From: Heteronotia binoei
Taxonomy: Eukaryota
Reading direction: 5' to 3'
Assembly: GCF_032191835.1 (NCBI RefSeq)
Contig: NC_083243.1
Location: forward strand, 170,562,001 to 170,626,000
Length of the DNA stretch: 64,000 bases
Shown here: piece after piece, positions 35,341 through 48,789 of the stretch
How the letters are laid out: each line of letters begins with the position of its first letter
How positions within the stretch are numbered: the stretch's first letter is position 1
The notes under the pieces: generated by a model
What the model was told of the DNA's origin: nothing
Seen by the model: only the letters and a program-made list of their open reading frames with translations
The model's database searches: none
Translations under genes and position numbers: made by a program

Positions 35341-36523
35341 GACTCCATGGACAAAGTCACACCAGGCCCGCTTGTCTTCCACCATCCTCCAAAGCCTGCT
35401 CAAATTCGTGTTTGTTACATCAGTAACACTGTCCAGCCATCTCATCTTTTGCCGTCCCCTTCTTCCTTCTGTCTTTCCCAGCATCAGGATCTTCTCCAGT
35501 GAGTGCTTCCTTCTCATTTGGTGGTCAAAGTATTTGCTCTTCAGCTTCAGCATCTGACCTTCCAGGGAACAGTCTGGGTTGATTTCCCTTAGGACTGACT
35601 GATTTGATCTTTTTGCAGTCCAAGGGACTCTCAAGAGTCTTCTCCAGCACCACAGCTCGAAAGCATCTATTCTTCTGCTCTTGGCCTTCCTTATGGTTCA
35701 ACTCTCACAGCCATACATTACTACTGGGAATACCATACGGACTTTTGTTGGCAGGGTGATATCTCTACTTTTTATTATACTGCCTAGGTTCACCATAGCT
35801 CTCCTCCCAAGGAGCAAATGTCTTTTAATTTCATGGCTACAGTCACCATCTGCAGTGATCTTGGATCCCAGAAATGTGATGTCTGCCACTACTTCCATGT
35901 CTTCCCTTTCTATTTGCCAAGATGTGATGGGGCCAGATGCCATGATCTTAAGTTTTTTTGATGTTGCGTTTCAAGCCTACTTTTGTGCTCTCCTCTTTCA
36001 CCCTCAACAAGAAGTTCTTTAGGTTCTCCTCACTTTCTGCCATTAGAGTTGTGTCATCTGCATATCTGAGGTTGTTGATGTTTTTCCCGGCAATCTTAAT
36101 TCCAGCTTGTGCTTCATCTAGGCTGGCTTTCCGCATGATGTACTCTGCATATAAATTAAATAAGCAGGGTGACAATATACATCGTTGAACTCCTTTTCCT
36201 ATTCTAAACCAATCAGTTGTTCCATATCCCGTTCTGACAGTTGCTGATGCAGGTTTATCAGGAGACATGTGAGGTGGCTGGTACTCCCATCTCTTTAAGG
36301 ACTTGCCACAGTTTGTTGTGATCCACACAATCAAAGGCTTTAGCATAGTCAGTGAAGCAGAAATAGATGTTTTTCTGATACTCCCGTGCTATCTCCATAA
36401 TCCAGCGAATGTTGGCAATTTGATTTCTAGTTCCTCTACCTCTCTGAAACCTAGCTTGAACTTTTGGTAGTTCCCAATCTACATACTCCTGAAGCCTAGC
36501 TTGTAGGATCTTTAACATGACCA

Positions 36524-36670
36524 GGCCTCGGATTCAGCAAGACCTCACAGGAGCACAGCTCCTGAACCTTCCTGAGGGTTCCCCCTCCTCTTCCTTGCCT
36601 TGTCCATTGAATAGTAGGTGCAGCTGCATAACAATCCCTGGATGAGCTCCACCACCTATTTTTCTGCAAA
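36524..36670. mobile_element. ~150-bp foreign insertion within BovB (probably hAT-derived fragment)
   Basis: BovB homology breaks after catgacc and resumes at gtgaccttgctggc; compare the second BovB copy at ~60680-60700. Confidence 0.55.
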
Positions 36671-38278
36671 GTGACCTTGCTGGCAGGTGAAATGAGTGCA
36701 ATGGTGCAATAGTTTGAGCATTCCTTGGCATTACCCTTCTTTGGGACTGGAATATAAACTGACCTTTTCCAATCCTGTGGCCACCGTTGTATTTTCCAAA
36801 TTTGCTGACATAATGTGTGCATAACTAACAGCATCGTCTTTTAGGACTTGGAGTAGCTCAACTGGGATACCGTCATCTCCGCTCGCTTTGTTGTTAGTAA
36901 TGCTTTCTAAGTCCCATTTGACTTCACACTCCAGGATGTCTGGCTTGAGGTCAGCGATTTCACTGTCATGGTTGTCAAGGACATTAAGATCCTTCTTGTA
37001 TAATTCTTCTGTGTTTTCTTGCCACCTCTTCCTGATCTCTTCTGCTTCTGTTAGGTCCCTACTGGTTTTGTCCTTTATCATGACCATCTTTGCATGAAAT
37101 GTTCCCTTGATTTCTCCAATTTTCTTGAAGAGATCTCTTGTCCTTCCCATTCTATTATTTTCCTCTATTGCTTTGCATTGTTCCTTCAGGAAGGTCTCCT
37201 TATCTCTCCTTGCTGTTTTCTGGAAATCCACATTCAGTTGGGTGAATCTTCCCTTTTCACCTTTGCCTTTTGCTTTCTTTCTTTCCTCAACTATTTGTAA
37301 AGTCTCATCAGACAGCCACTTTACTTTCTTGCATTTCTTTTTCTTTGGGATGGTACTGATTGCTGCCTTTTGTACAACGTCACGAACCTCCGTCCATAGT
37401 TCTTCAGGCACTCTGTCCATCAACTCTAGTTCCTTAAACCTATTCTTCACCTCCACTGTATACATAAGGGATGTGATCAAGGTCAAACCTGAATGGCCTG
37501 AAGGCTTCCCCAGTTTTCTTCAGTTTAAGCCTGAATTTTGCAATGAGTAGCGATCAGCTCCAGGTCTTGTTTTTGCTGACTGTAAGGAGCTTCTCCATCT
37601 TTGACTGCAGAGTATATAATCAATCTGATTTCTGTGTTGCCCATCAGGTGATGTCCATATGTAGAGTTGCCTTTTAGGTTGTTGGAAGAGGGTGTTTGCT
37701 ATGACCAGCTTGTTCTCTTGACAAAACTCTATTAGTCTTTGCCCAGCTTCATTTTGTTCTCCAAGGCCAATCTTGTCAGTTGTTCCGGTTACCTTTTGAC
37801 TTCCTACTTTGGCATTCCAATTCCCTATGATGACGAGGACATCTTTTTTTATGTTAGTTCTAGAAGATATTTTAGATCTTCATAGAACTGATCTACTTCA
37901 GCCTCTTCTGCATCAGTGGTTGGGGCATAGATTTGGATTACTATGATATTGAATGGTTTGCCTTGGATACGGACTGAGATCATTCTGTCATTTTTGAGAT
38001 TGTATCCCATTACTGCCTTCCTCACTCTCTTGTTAATAAAGACCACACCATTTCTTCTGCGGGACTCTTGCCATCTCTTGTTTGACCACATGCACCTTAC
38101 CTTGATTCATAGATCTTACATTCCACATTCCTATGCAGTATTGTTTTTTGCAGCATCTGACTTTCCTTTCACCATCAGACACATTCACAGCTGAGTATCC
38201 TTTCGGACTTGGCCCAGCCGCTTCACTCTTTCTGTGGTTACTTGCACTTGCTCTCCGCTCTTCCCCAGTATCATATTA

Positions 38279-38506
38279 ACAGGGCAGCCAGTATCAACCA
38301 AAACTTCAATATATTCTGTTACTAGATTGAAATAGCACATGACATTGTTTTACTATATGTTTTATATATTTTATCTATGATGTATTCTTATTTTTATGCT
38401 TGGTTTATAGTAATATTGGTTTTTATGACCTTGAATGTTAGCCGCCCCGAGCCTGCCTCAGCAGGGAGGGCAGGATAGAAGTCAAATAAATAAATAAATA
38501 AATAAA
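38279..38506 (+). mobile_element. L2-type 3' tail with (AAAT)n, inserted in the BovB 5' region
   Basis: ttagccgccccgagcc…gggcaggatagaagtc followed by (aaat)n; BovB homology resumes at attgagcaccttc. Confidence 0.65.
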
Positions 38507-38790
38507 TATTGAGCACCTTCTGACCTGAGGGGCTCATCTTCCAGCGCCATATCTTTTAGCCTTTTGTTACTGTTCATGGGGTTTTCTTGGCAAGGATACT
38601 GGAGTGGTTTGCCATTTCCTTCTCCAGTGGATCATATTTAGTCTGGGTTCTCAGCTGTGGCCTGTCCGTCTTGGGTGTCCGTCTCAGCTGTGGCCTGTCC
38701 CTGCATGGGATAGCCCACAGTCTTACTGAACCACGCAAGCCCTCTCGCCACGACATGGCAGCAATCCATGAGCGGGTATACAGAGGTACC

Positions 38791-38898
38791 CAGGGCTTTT
38801 TTTGAACAGGAACGCAGCTCTGGCTGGTTTGGCATCAGGGCATGTGACCTAATATGCAAATGAGTCCCTGTTGGGCTTTTTCTACAAAAAAAGCCCTG
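38791..38898. mobile_element. 108-bp hAT MITE
   Basis: Inverted ends CAGGGCTTTTTTTG / CAAAAAAAGCCCTG; 8-bp TSD GAGGTACC / GAGTTACC (one mismatch). Confidence 0.75.
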
Positions 38899-40610
38899 GA
38901 GTTACCCCAGGTTAAATCTGTTTGATTTAATGGGTTTGGACAAGAGTAACTCTGCATCATTTTGCACTATGAGTGGAAGATGCAAGAACCATACATGTTG
39001 GACTTCCAGTTTCAGCGACGTGCAATTAGGAGTGGCTCAGACTGGTGCGTCCAGAGCCGCTTCTAAATCGGACTGACTGAGGGGGTCACCCACAAGGGGT
39101 GACTTGACTCTGGGGCCCATGAGGGGTCCCAGAAGTCAGGGAACTCCAGTGGTAGAACGAGGGTGTCAGTGGAGGCGGCTGCCCCCCGATCCCGCTTGCT
39201 TCTAGCCTCATTGCTCCGATCGCCATTTTTAAATGGCATGAGGGTCGACTGCTGGCTTTTCCCTTTTCTTTCTCTCTTCTGGATTTAAACAACTCTGTAA
39301 TATTAAGACAAGCTGCATCTTCATCATTACCATTGTAAGTGTTCTTTCTTTATATTATTGATTATCCTCGACAAGCAGGGAAATGGAGAATCAGGGCCGA
39401 AGCGGAATTTAAGTGGAGGCAAAAGACTAAGAAGTGGTGGTGGGGGGGAGAAACTCTCTCTCCTTTTTCAAGGCTTCTAAAAGTTTCTGCCTACCTTGGT
39501 GACATCTACAATACCTGCATGAGGAGAACCAAACCAATTTTTAGTTGTAGAAGAGACTTGATGGCTGAATTTAGTTTGTTTTAAACCCCTCTCTGGGGGA
39601 AAAGTTTTGGACTTTGGGAAAGTTGTTTGCAAGTATATATGGATGTGAAGGACAGCTGGCTTAAAAGTATTTTGAAGCTTAGATTGAAGTGGTCTGAATG
39701 AATTTATAAGAGCTCTAACTTGACTTTTAAATGCTGGTGGGTATTTTATACTTACCTATAAGACATAACAGGATTTTGGGTTGGAAGGACATCTGTGCAA
39801 ATTTCCAAAGTGGATTCTTATTCCTTGTTGTTGGATGTTATGGACATAACCCTTTAATTTCATATTTCTTCTTCTTCTTCTTTTTACCTTTGGTTGGAAT
39901 ATTTTTTGATATGGTTTAAATATTTTTGGCTTTGGATTCCTGCTTTTTTTTCTCACTTTTTCTCTCTTGGATTATCAAATTTGGAATTTTTTCCTTAATT
40001 GTTATTACTTTCTGCTTTTCTCTTTGGGAGTACCTGGTTTCATTTTTTTCTTGGATTATTTGTTTAATTTTTAACTTTTGATCTCACTCTTGGATTATAA
40101 ATAGGGCATTCAGCCCTGGATTACAAATTTACACCTTGAAGTAGTTGAAAGACTCTGTAGTGACTTGGATTTTAATTGAACCATCATTGCTAGAGGACTT
40201 GTTATAGTGAATTGTTTCTGTTGTTGTGAACTGAATTGTTTTGCCTATGTACTACTAAGCATATTTTGCTAAAAAGTTTTTGGTTTATTATTATTCCTAC
40301 TATTGTTTTGGCTATGACAAATTGTTGATAGAAGCTAGAAGGTTGTTTTCTTGTTTAAACTATTTCATAATAACGGCATTGCTTGGTGGAGATTAGTTTA
40401 TCTGTTATAAACAGGAACATAGAGTTCCAAAACAAACTCTGAAAAGGCATATTTAGATTTGGTGGCTGTGAGTGTACTTACTCTAATAAGAATGGAAAAT
40501 AAAGCTGTGATTGGTTTTAAAGACACATCAAAAAAAAAAAAAAAGAAAATCGAGGAAAGCCACCAACACCCTCACCTAGCGCTCCATATGGGCTAGGGAA
40601 ATTTACGACT

Positions 40611-41480
40611 ATGCAGGGAGATATGCAGGGAGATATGAAAGAAATGCAAAGCACTCTACTGACTGCTATACCACAGTTGACTAGTAAAGTAGACAATATT
40701 GGTGAACAGATGGCTGATATTAAACAAGAGCTTTTGGAAAACAGCAGACAGACAACTGAGACTAATAAAGCCTTAAAAGTTCTAGATGGCCAGGTGACAG
40801 ATAATACGCAAAAGGTGGAACAACAAGAAAAAGAACAGAATATACATGATTCTAGACTTTTGCAGCTGGAAGTCGATAAAGCTGCCTATATGTTGAGGTT
40901 TCAAAACATACCAGAAGAGAAAACTGAAGACTTACAGAAAATATTAAGTGAAGCCTTGGCTGAAATCTTACAGGTGACTTCTCAAAGGATGGAAGAAAAG
41001 TTTGATCAAGTTAGATGGGTGCCATCAAGTTATACAAGACGAAACAAATTACCCAGTGAAGTCCACTTGAAGCTTACAAGAAAGAGGATCAGAGATGACA
41101 TTGTGAAGCAAGCAAGAGATAAACCTATGATGATAGCTGGAAATATGATGAAAATTCTAAGAGAGGTACCTTGGCCAGTGAGACAAAAGAGGAGAGAATA
41201 CCATGCATTAACAAATTTTCTGAGAAGAAGAGAAATACCCTACATGTGGTTAATGCTGGAAGGACTTCTTTTTACTTACCAGGAGAACAGGTACAGGATA
41301 AATCCCATCTTCAAAGCTCAGAATTTTCTGGATAGAGTGAAGGAAAAAGAAGGCAAGGAAAAGAAGGATGATGATGAAGAGGAAGAAAGTTCTGGTGAAG
41401 AGAATCCAAATGAACCATGGAGATATCCGACAAGACAGCAGACCAAAAAAGATAAAGATGGTGATAAACAAAACCCATAA
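40611..41480 (+). CDS. L1 ORF1p (coiled-coil plus RRM/CTD-like RNA-binding region), 289 aa open frame
   Basis: Heptad-rich N-terminus, LRFQNIPEE motif, acidic/basic tail; directly precedes ORF2. Confidence 0.75.
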   Translation: MQGDMQGDMKEMQSTLLTAIPQLTSKVDNIGEQMADIKQELLENSRQTTETNKALKVLDGQVTDNTQKVEQQEKEQNIHDSRLLQLEVDKAAYMLRFQNIPEEKTEDLQKILSEALAEILQVTSQRMEEKFDQVRWVPSSYTRRNKLPSEVHLKLTRKRIRDDIVKQARDKPMMIAGNMMKILREVPWPVRQKRREYHALTNFLRRREIPYMWLMLEGLLFTYQENRYRINPIFKAQNFLDRVKEKEGKEKKDDDEEEESSGEENPNEPWRYPTRQQTKKDKDGDKQNP

Positions 41481-44400
41481 TGGCCTCAATAGTTTCTATT
41501 AATGTGAATGGATTAACTCTCCTGCCAAAAGGAGGAAGACTTTTAGATATTTGACAAAAATGGAAACAGATATAATTCGTTTGCAAGAAACCCATATTTT
41601 AGCTAAAGTTCAACATCTTTTGAAAAATAAAAAACTTGGTAACTTATTTGCAGCAACAGATATGAATAAGAAGAAAAGGGGAGTGGCAATATATATTAAG
41701 GACAAGTTTAACCCACAACTGCAGTATGCCTCTGAAGATGGAAGAATTCTATTAGCGGAAATTACAGTGGACAATAAAAAATTTTTATTGGCAAATATCT
41801 ATGCTCCAAATGACCAACAAGAGAAATTCTTTCAAGACTTGCATCTTAAATTATCAAATTTGGAATATGTAGAATATTGTCTAATAGAAGATTTTAATGC
41901 AGTTTCTGACAGACAACTGGACAAAAGAATGCATAAACAGACTAAAAGTAAAAGTATCCAATTGCCAATAAGTTTTTGGAATTAGCAGAAGAATTGGATT
42001 TGGTTGATGTACGGAGAACAAGATATCCAAATTCTAAAGATTTCACCTACTATTCTTCTAGCCACCAAACATGGTCAAGAATCGATATGTGGTGGCTTTC
42101 CACAAATTTGATCAAAGATCTAGTTGAGACAGAAATTCAAACAAGAGTTATTTCAGACCATAGTCTTGTAATGATAAAATTCAAAGGTACATGAATGAGA
42201 AGATCATGGAGGTTAAATATCTCAATTTTGAAAGATAAATATTTTCTTAAAGAATCTAAGGTTGAAATGGAATCCTTTTTTAAACAGAACATAACACAAG
42301 ACGTAAAGATGCAAGTAGTTTGGGACATTGCTAAAGCTTATTTCAGGGGCCTTGCAATTAGATATTATATCAAGAAAAAGAAAGAAAGAACTGAAAATTT
42401 TCAAAAACTAATGTCTCAAGCTGGAGAAGCTGAAAAGAATCTTAAAAAACAACCAACAAAACATGATTTCCAAAATAAGGTGAAAGAAATACAACACCAA
42501 TTGAATTTGTTACTTATGGAGGATACGGAGATAAAGCTGAGGTATGCTAGACAATTTTTTTTTAACATGCTAACAAGCCTGGAAGGTGGTTGGCTTATAG
42601 GATGAGAAAAGAAAAGGTCAAAAGAATAATTTCGATCCTGAAAGATGAGAATAATAAAGAGAAAGCTCAAAAACAAGAGATATGTCAAATCGTGGAACAG
42701 TTCTACAAAAAATTATATGAAGATAAGCAAGTTCATAAAATAGATCTAGAAGATTATATTAACCAAAACAATCTTAGTAAAGTTACAGAGAAACAGCAAA
42801 AAAATTTAAATGAATCAATAACAATAAGAGAACTTGAAGATGTAATGGCATCCCAAAAGAATGGCAAAGCCCTCGGTCCAGATGGCCTGCCTGCTGAATT
42901 CTATAAAGCCTATGAGGAGTCTTTATTATTACCATTTAAGTATCTCATTGAAAATGAAGGCCAAGTACCAGATTAATGGCAAGAAGCTACAATATCCTTG
43001 ATCCCAAAAAAAGATACTGATTTGAAAGACATCAAAAATTATCGTCCAATTTCCCTTTTAAATGTGAATTATAAAATTTTTGCCGCAATATTAGCACAAC
43101 GTTTGAATAAAGTTTTACAGTCTACAATACATCATGATCAGGCAGGGTTCCTTCCTAGAAGCTACCTGAAAGATAATGTTAGAACAGTTCGTAATATTTT
43201 GGAATATTATGAAACCCATCCAGAGAAACAATTGGCTCTAATTTGCTTGGATGCTGAGAAGGCCTTCGATAATGTTCGTTGGCAATTTACAATTGAAAGG
43301 TATTTTTTTGAGAGCAGTAGAAGCAATATATTCTCTTCAAAGAGCAAGGGTGACAGTGAATGGCAAACTAACAGATGCAATTAATATTCAAAAAGGTGCA
43401 AGACAAGGCTGTCCACTGTCACCACTACTTTTTATTCTATCTCTAGAGATACTGAATAACCAAATAAGGGAAGATACAAGTATCAAGGGAGCAGTGATAA
43501 AAGGTGAACAATACAAACTGAGACCCTTTGCAGACGACCTAGTTTTTATACTAGAGCAACCAATAAATTTAATAGACTGTCTTATAAACAAGATCACACA
43601 ATTTAGCCACTGGGCAGGATTGAAGATCAATTACCACAAAACAAAAATTTCTGACAAAGAATATGACGATGGAACAAATCCAATTTCTTCAGCAAAAATC
43701 AGGATATTTGTATGAGAAAAGAATCAAATACCTAGGTGTGCTTATTTCAAATAAGTGCAGTAATTAAAAAATAGACAATTATGACAAACTACTTAAAGAA
43801 ATTAAAAAAGATTTGGAAAAATGGCATGACTTAAACTTATTCCTAATGGGAAGAATAGCCTTAATAAAGATGAATATCCTTCCAAGGCTATTATTTTTGT
43901 TTCAAACTATTCCAATATTTTTAAATAGTGGATTTTTTCAAGAATTGAATAAGATGGTCTCCAAATATGTTTGGCAAGGCAGAAAACCTAGAATCAAACT
44001 AAAGACAGTGCAAGATTCCAAATTAAGAGCAGGTATGGGCCTTCCAGACTGGCAATTGTATTACAAAGCTTCTGTGCTTTTGTGGGTAAGAGACTGGATA
44101 TTACTGAATGACAAGAGATGACTGTTGTTAGAGGGACATGGTCTCACTATGGGGTGGCATGCATATCTATAGTATCAAAGACTTGAAGGCCATTCCTATT
44201 TTAAGAATCATTGGTTTCGGAAATCCTTGTATCATACGTGGCCATGGCTAAAAATCAGAATGTATCAAAAAATTCCAAGATGGGTCTCTCCAGTGGAAAC
44301 ATTTACTCATCCAAATCTTTTAAAAAATAAATCAGAGTTATAGATATGATGACTTGTTGGGAAAAGATAATCAGCTGAAAACTAGAGAGGAGTTGGAAAA

Positions 44401-45167
44401 TATGGATATTAAAATGAACTGGTGGTTGAGAATGCAAGTTGAATCTAGGTATGCCAAAGACAAGATGACAGGTTTTAATACAGAAAAATACCCATTTGAT
44501 AAAATACTTTTAGGTTCACAGGAAAAGCTAATCTCTAAATTATAGCATATCTACTACAGATGAAGACACAAGACAAGGTTGTAAAAGACTGTATGGTTCA
44601 ATGGGCGAAAAATTTTGGTCACAATATCACATTAGAAGAATGGGAGAGATTGTGGAAGTTCAATGTTAAATTAACTATGTCAGTAACTTAAAAAAAAATT
44701 GTATGATGTTTTATAGATGGTACTTGACTCTGCAGAAATTGTGTAAGATCTATACTAATATGTCTAACAAATGTTGGAAATGTACTAAACAGGTTGGTTC
44801 CTTTTATCATATGTGGAGGACATGTGAGATGGTGACGAACTATTGGAAAATGGTTCATGAACTACTACAGAAGATTCTGAAGACACAGATTCAATTCAGA
44901 CCAGAATTGTTTTTATTGAATATATTCCCTGAGGACTATTCCAGAGAACTGAGGCATTTGTTGAAACATTTCAATATAGCAGCTAGGATTCTCTTGATGC
45001 AGAAATGGAAATCTCAGGAAATCCCCATGAGAACGGACTTGGTGGGAAAAATTCTGGAAATAGCAGAGCTGGACTTTTTGTCTCAGCTGTTGGCTGGGAA
45101 GTCTAAGGAAGAAGCAAGAAAATATTGGATGAAATTTTATGCCTGGCTAAATACTCAAGACTCTTAA
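41480..45167 (+). pseudogene. L1 ORF2 (APE endonuclease-RT), broken by multiple stops and frameshifts
   Basis: Fragments with IRLQETH, NIYAPN, SRID, SDHS, GPDG, YRPISLLN, DAEKAFD, QGCPLSPLLF, FADD and CWKC…H motifs in changing frames. Confidence 0.9.
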
Positions 45168-47389
45168 GATTCTTTGGTGTGAACTTATATCTCCTTTTTC
45201 CCTGTATTTTGTATTACAAGATTGCCTTTACTGGAATTGTCAAAACTAATAGATATCTTAACAAAAAGATTCATAATATAAAATATTAAAATGTTGATAA
45301 TTTTTAGCTTAGAGATAATACTATGTGACAATTTGTGTATTTTAGGAAAGTATTACAGACGTAAGCTTGTATTCTTTAAAAGTATTTTTATTCAGAATAG
45401 GATTAATAAGTATTTTGTTTTCTATCCTCTCTATTCCCTACCCCTACTTTTCTGAAACTAATAAAACTTTGTAAAACTGAAGAACCATACACGTTGGCCT
45501 GCACTCCTTGGAGTACTGGTCTTGAACATTTCCTAACCAAGGACCTGTCTTCATTTCTCAGGCAACTTCAAAGGACCCACTTTGCTGCAAGTATGTGACA
45601 CTAAGTCATTTGGCATAGCTACATGGCATCAGTTACATGGTAAGAAGAAGAGCCAGGGTTGTGACATTATCACTGACAATGCCAGGATTGTGGTCAGTAA
45701 TCCAGAAAAAATGGAGAGAGGAAACATGTCAAAATCCAGTTGTACTGAACCAAGTTACAGACTAGTACAGATGGGGTCAGAGACCTCTCTCTTTCCAGCT
45801 CTACAAAAGCTCTCCCTTGTTGCCTGGTTCTCTTCTCGCTTGGCACAGCCCAATCCGATCACCCCTCCAATCACATTGGATCTTTAATACTCCTCTATAG
45901 TGCTTGTAGGATGGAACTGTGTCCACTTATAGAAGAGCAGCTTTCTCAAGGAGTGAGAACGAGGGCAACAAATACATGTGCAGGGTACTGGAACTTATTG
46001 GAAGGGCTGACTGAGAACAGAAAGGGTGAGGAGGAGAGGGAGAAGGCCAGAAAGACCTTGTGTAAGTCTGAACCTGCCTGCTGAAAAAAAGGAATTCATT
46101 CCAGTGCTGTGCCATGTTGTTGCTCAGTATGTATATAAAGAAAAGCAGGAGATGTGGCACCATTACTCTCTATACTTCTTACAGGAAGAGTAGGATTAAA
46201 AGAAATAGTGCATGTTTGAGTTCTTTCATATGCCTCCTACTTAGCCAACTTGGCTTCTACAAACTGGATTAAACCAGAGGCAGACTGGTCATTAAAGCTA
46301 CTGGGGAGAGTCACCTGGAGAGCCATCCCCCCCCCATTTAAAAGAGAGGGGTGGGTACAAGCTGCAGGCACAGGAAAGGAGGGCTCACCGTGGCAAAGGA
46401 TGTGCCCTCTCAGCCCAGCCTTTCTGTAGTGAGTGATGGAATGTGCTTACTGGTGCTTCACTAAAATGAGGGACAGGATATGCCCAAGCAGCCCAACTGG
46501 CCTTGCAAGGGATGGGTGTGTCTGGCTGCCCACCATGGTCAGGTACCTCTTGCTTGGGCTGGCGAGGTAGGTGCTTCCTTCCTCCTTTGTTGGGATGGAA
46601 TGGGCCTTTTCCACTGCTATCCCCCCAAGTCCACCCCACATTTTTTATTTAAGGTGTTAACTAGGATAAATATGAGAGTGTTAGTTCAAGGCTTTTGACT
46701 CTTATCTAGATCAGGGAAACAAGAGTGGGGTCGCAGGGCTGGGATATAAGCAAAAACGAAACTGCATGGTCTCTGCCTCCCAAGGTCTCTGCCTCCCCCC
46801 ACCCCAGAATAATGTTCCTATAGTTCATTAAAGAGACACAATTACTAGTAAATCAAGCTGTCACTTGTAAATATGTCTGCAGGAGAGCAACCAATTGCAG
46901 GCGTTCAGCAATGCCTTCCAACCTTTCCTGGCTAATGGATAACAAAACAAATACAACCAGTTGGAGAGTATCATTTCTCTGTTTGACAACTAAAGGAGAT
47001 GTGTTTTGATAGGCAATTAGGCATCAAGAAATGATCTAGCAGTGCAATCATAAGAACAATTTCCTGGGAATCGGCCAGACTAAACAGACCTGAGTAAGAT
47101 TCTGAGTAAACCTATTTAGGATTGCACTAAAAAAGATGCAACTGGACACAGCCGTATTTTGCATGGTGTCACCTGCAGGGGTTACATCTGTTAGGCACAT
47201 GACTTTTTAAACTGCTTCTCAACTAAGAGTGAGCAGTGACTAATCCTGCGCCAAAATGGCTGCATTGTGGTTTTTAGTATGGATTTCTTTCTGGATTCTG
47301 CTGGCATGGGATTGCAGGCTTACGTGTTCATAGGATGAACTGTTTGGAAAAGCTTTCAAGCAAAATTACATGTTCCTAACATACTGAAG

Positions 47390-47697
47390 AGCCCCGTGGT
47401 GCAGAGTGGTAAAGCTGCAGTACTGCAGTCAGAGCCCTCTGCTCATGACCTGAGTTCGATTCCCGGAGGAAGCTGGGAAGTTTTCAGGTAGCCGGCTCAG
47501 GTTGACTCAGCCTCCCATCCTTCCGAGGTCGGTAAAATGAGTACCCAGCTTGCTGGGGGGAAAGTGTAGATGACTGGGGAAGGCCATGGCAAACCACCCC
47601 ATAAAAAGTCTGCCGTGAAAACTTGTGAAAGCAGCGTCACCCCAGAGTCGAAAATGACTGGTGCTTGCACAGGGGACTACCTTTATCTTTTCTTTTT
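47390..47697 (+). mobile_element. Sauria SINE, full length
   Basis: tRNA-like head, diagnostic core, accttt tail; 13-bp TSD TAACATACTGAAG at 47377-47389 and 47698-47710. Confidence 0.92.
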
Positions 47698-47768
47698 TAA
47701 CATACTGAAGTAGTTCAACTGCAGACTGATTTATACAGTTGGGCCCAAAACTAAAACATAGCTGGAAA

Positions 47769-48265
47769 TAGGGTTGCCAAGTCCAATTCAAGAAATATCT
47801 GGGGACTTTGGGGGTGGAGCCAGGAGACATTGGGGGCGGAGCCAGGAGCAAGGGTGTGACAAGCATAATTGAACTCCAAGGGAGTTCTGACCATCACATT
47901 TAAAGGGACAGCACACCTTTTAGAATGCCTTCCTTCCATAGAAAATAATGAAGGATAGGGGCACCTTCTTTGGGGGCTCATAGAATTGGACCCCCTGGTC
48001 CAATCCTTTTTAAACTTGGGAGGTATTTTGGGGAGAGGCACTAGATGCTATATGGAAAATTTGGCACCTCTACCTCAAAAAACAGCCTTCCTAGAGCCCC
48101 TGACACCCGCGGATCAATTCCCCATCATTCCCTATGGGAATCGTTCCTGGAGGTGCATAATGGCTGTGGGGGTGGAGCTTCCCCCGACGGCCAGCTGGCT
48201 GGGGGAGGGGGGAAGCCTGTAAAACCAGGGGATCCCCCGCTGGGACCTGGGGATTGGGAAGCCTA
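47769..48265. mobile_element. hAT (TAGGGTTGCCA-terminus) non-autonomous element
   Basis: Perfect 8-bp TSD GCTGGAAA at 47761-47768 and 48266-48273; a second partial copy lies at ~50225-50648. Confidence 0.85.
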
Positions 48266-48789
48266 GCTGGAAATCAAAGATCCTTGTCTGATATGGAATT
48301 GTGACTACCGGAATGCACAAAATACAGCAGTAATAAAGGCAAGGGAGTCTTGCCCAATGCACATGTAACAATCCTGGTAATATGTGTGTTCCCTTCACTG
48401 TTTCTGTTCTCCTGTTCTGTTCTTTTTTGATTTCTTTTTTGGCTTAAAGAGGAATGCTTGTCTTTTTCAGGGCCCTACAACTTGAACTGTACAACCTGAG
48501 CAGTGGACACTGCTTATACCTCTTCCCATTCAGTTGTGGCCAGTTAGCCATGAGCCACATCAGATTTCACACAATACCTACCTGCAGTAAAATTAGAATG
48601 CAGAAACACATTTAGTCTTTAAAAATGAGCAGCCCATCTGTCCCCTTTCTATGCACATTCATAAAAGCACAGAAGTGTCCCATCTCACAGGTTGATTTCC
48701 AGTGAGTCTTATCTCATTTAAGTATTGGAGCACAAGCTGCAGCAGCTAGTTCAGGGAACATTTTAAAAGTTTCCATGTTAATAGAATTT

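Larger units (their letters stand above)
35341..38770 (-). mobile_element. Near full-length degraded BovB (RTE) LINE with two nested insertions
   Basis: Peptides typical of BovB endonuclease/RT (QIYAPTT.AEEAEV, LRYADDTTLMAE, RVPWTA.RSNQS); Bov-A-like 5' region at ~38510-38770; many frameshifts. Confidence 0.9.
39002..45479 (+). mobile_element. Full-length L1-clade LINE (~6.5 kb), ORF2 inactivated
   Basis: 18-bp TSD AAGAACCATACA(T/C)GTTGG at 38984-39001 and 45480-45497; long 5' UTR, ORF1, ORF2 (endonuclease, RT, Cys-rich end), AATAAA at ~45460. Confidence 0.9.

Noticed and set aside
40611-41480. Intact L1 ORF1 as a domesticated gene
   Set aside because: ORF2 has roughly one lesion per 350-400 bp, so an open 870-bp stretch is not improbable by chance, and the true ORF1 may start further upstream.
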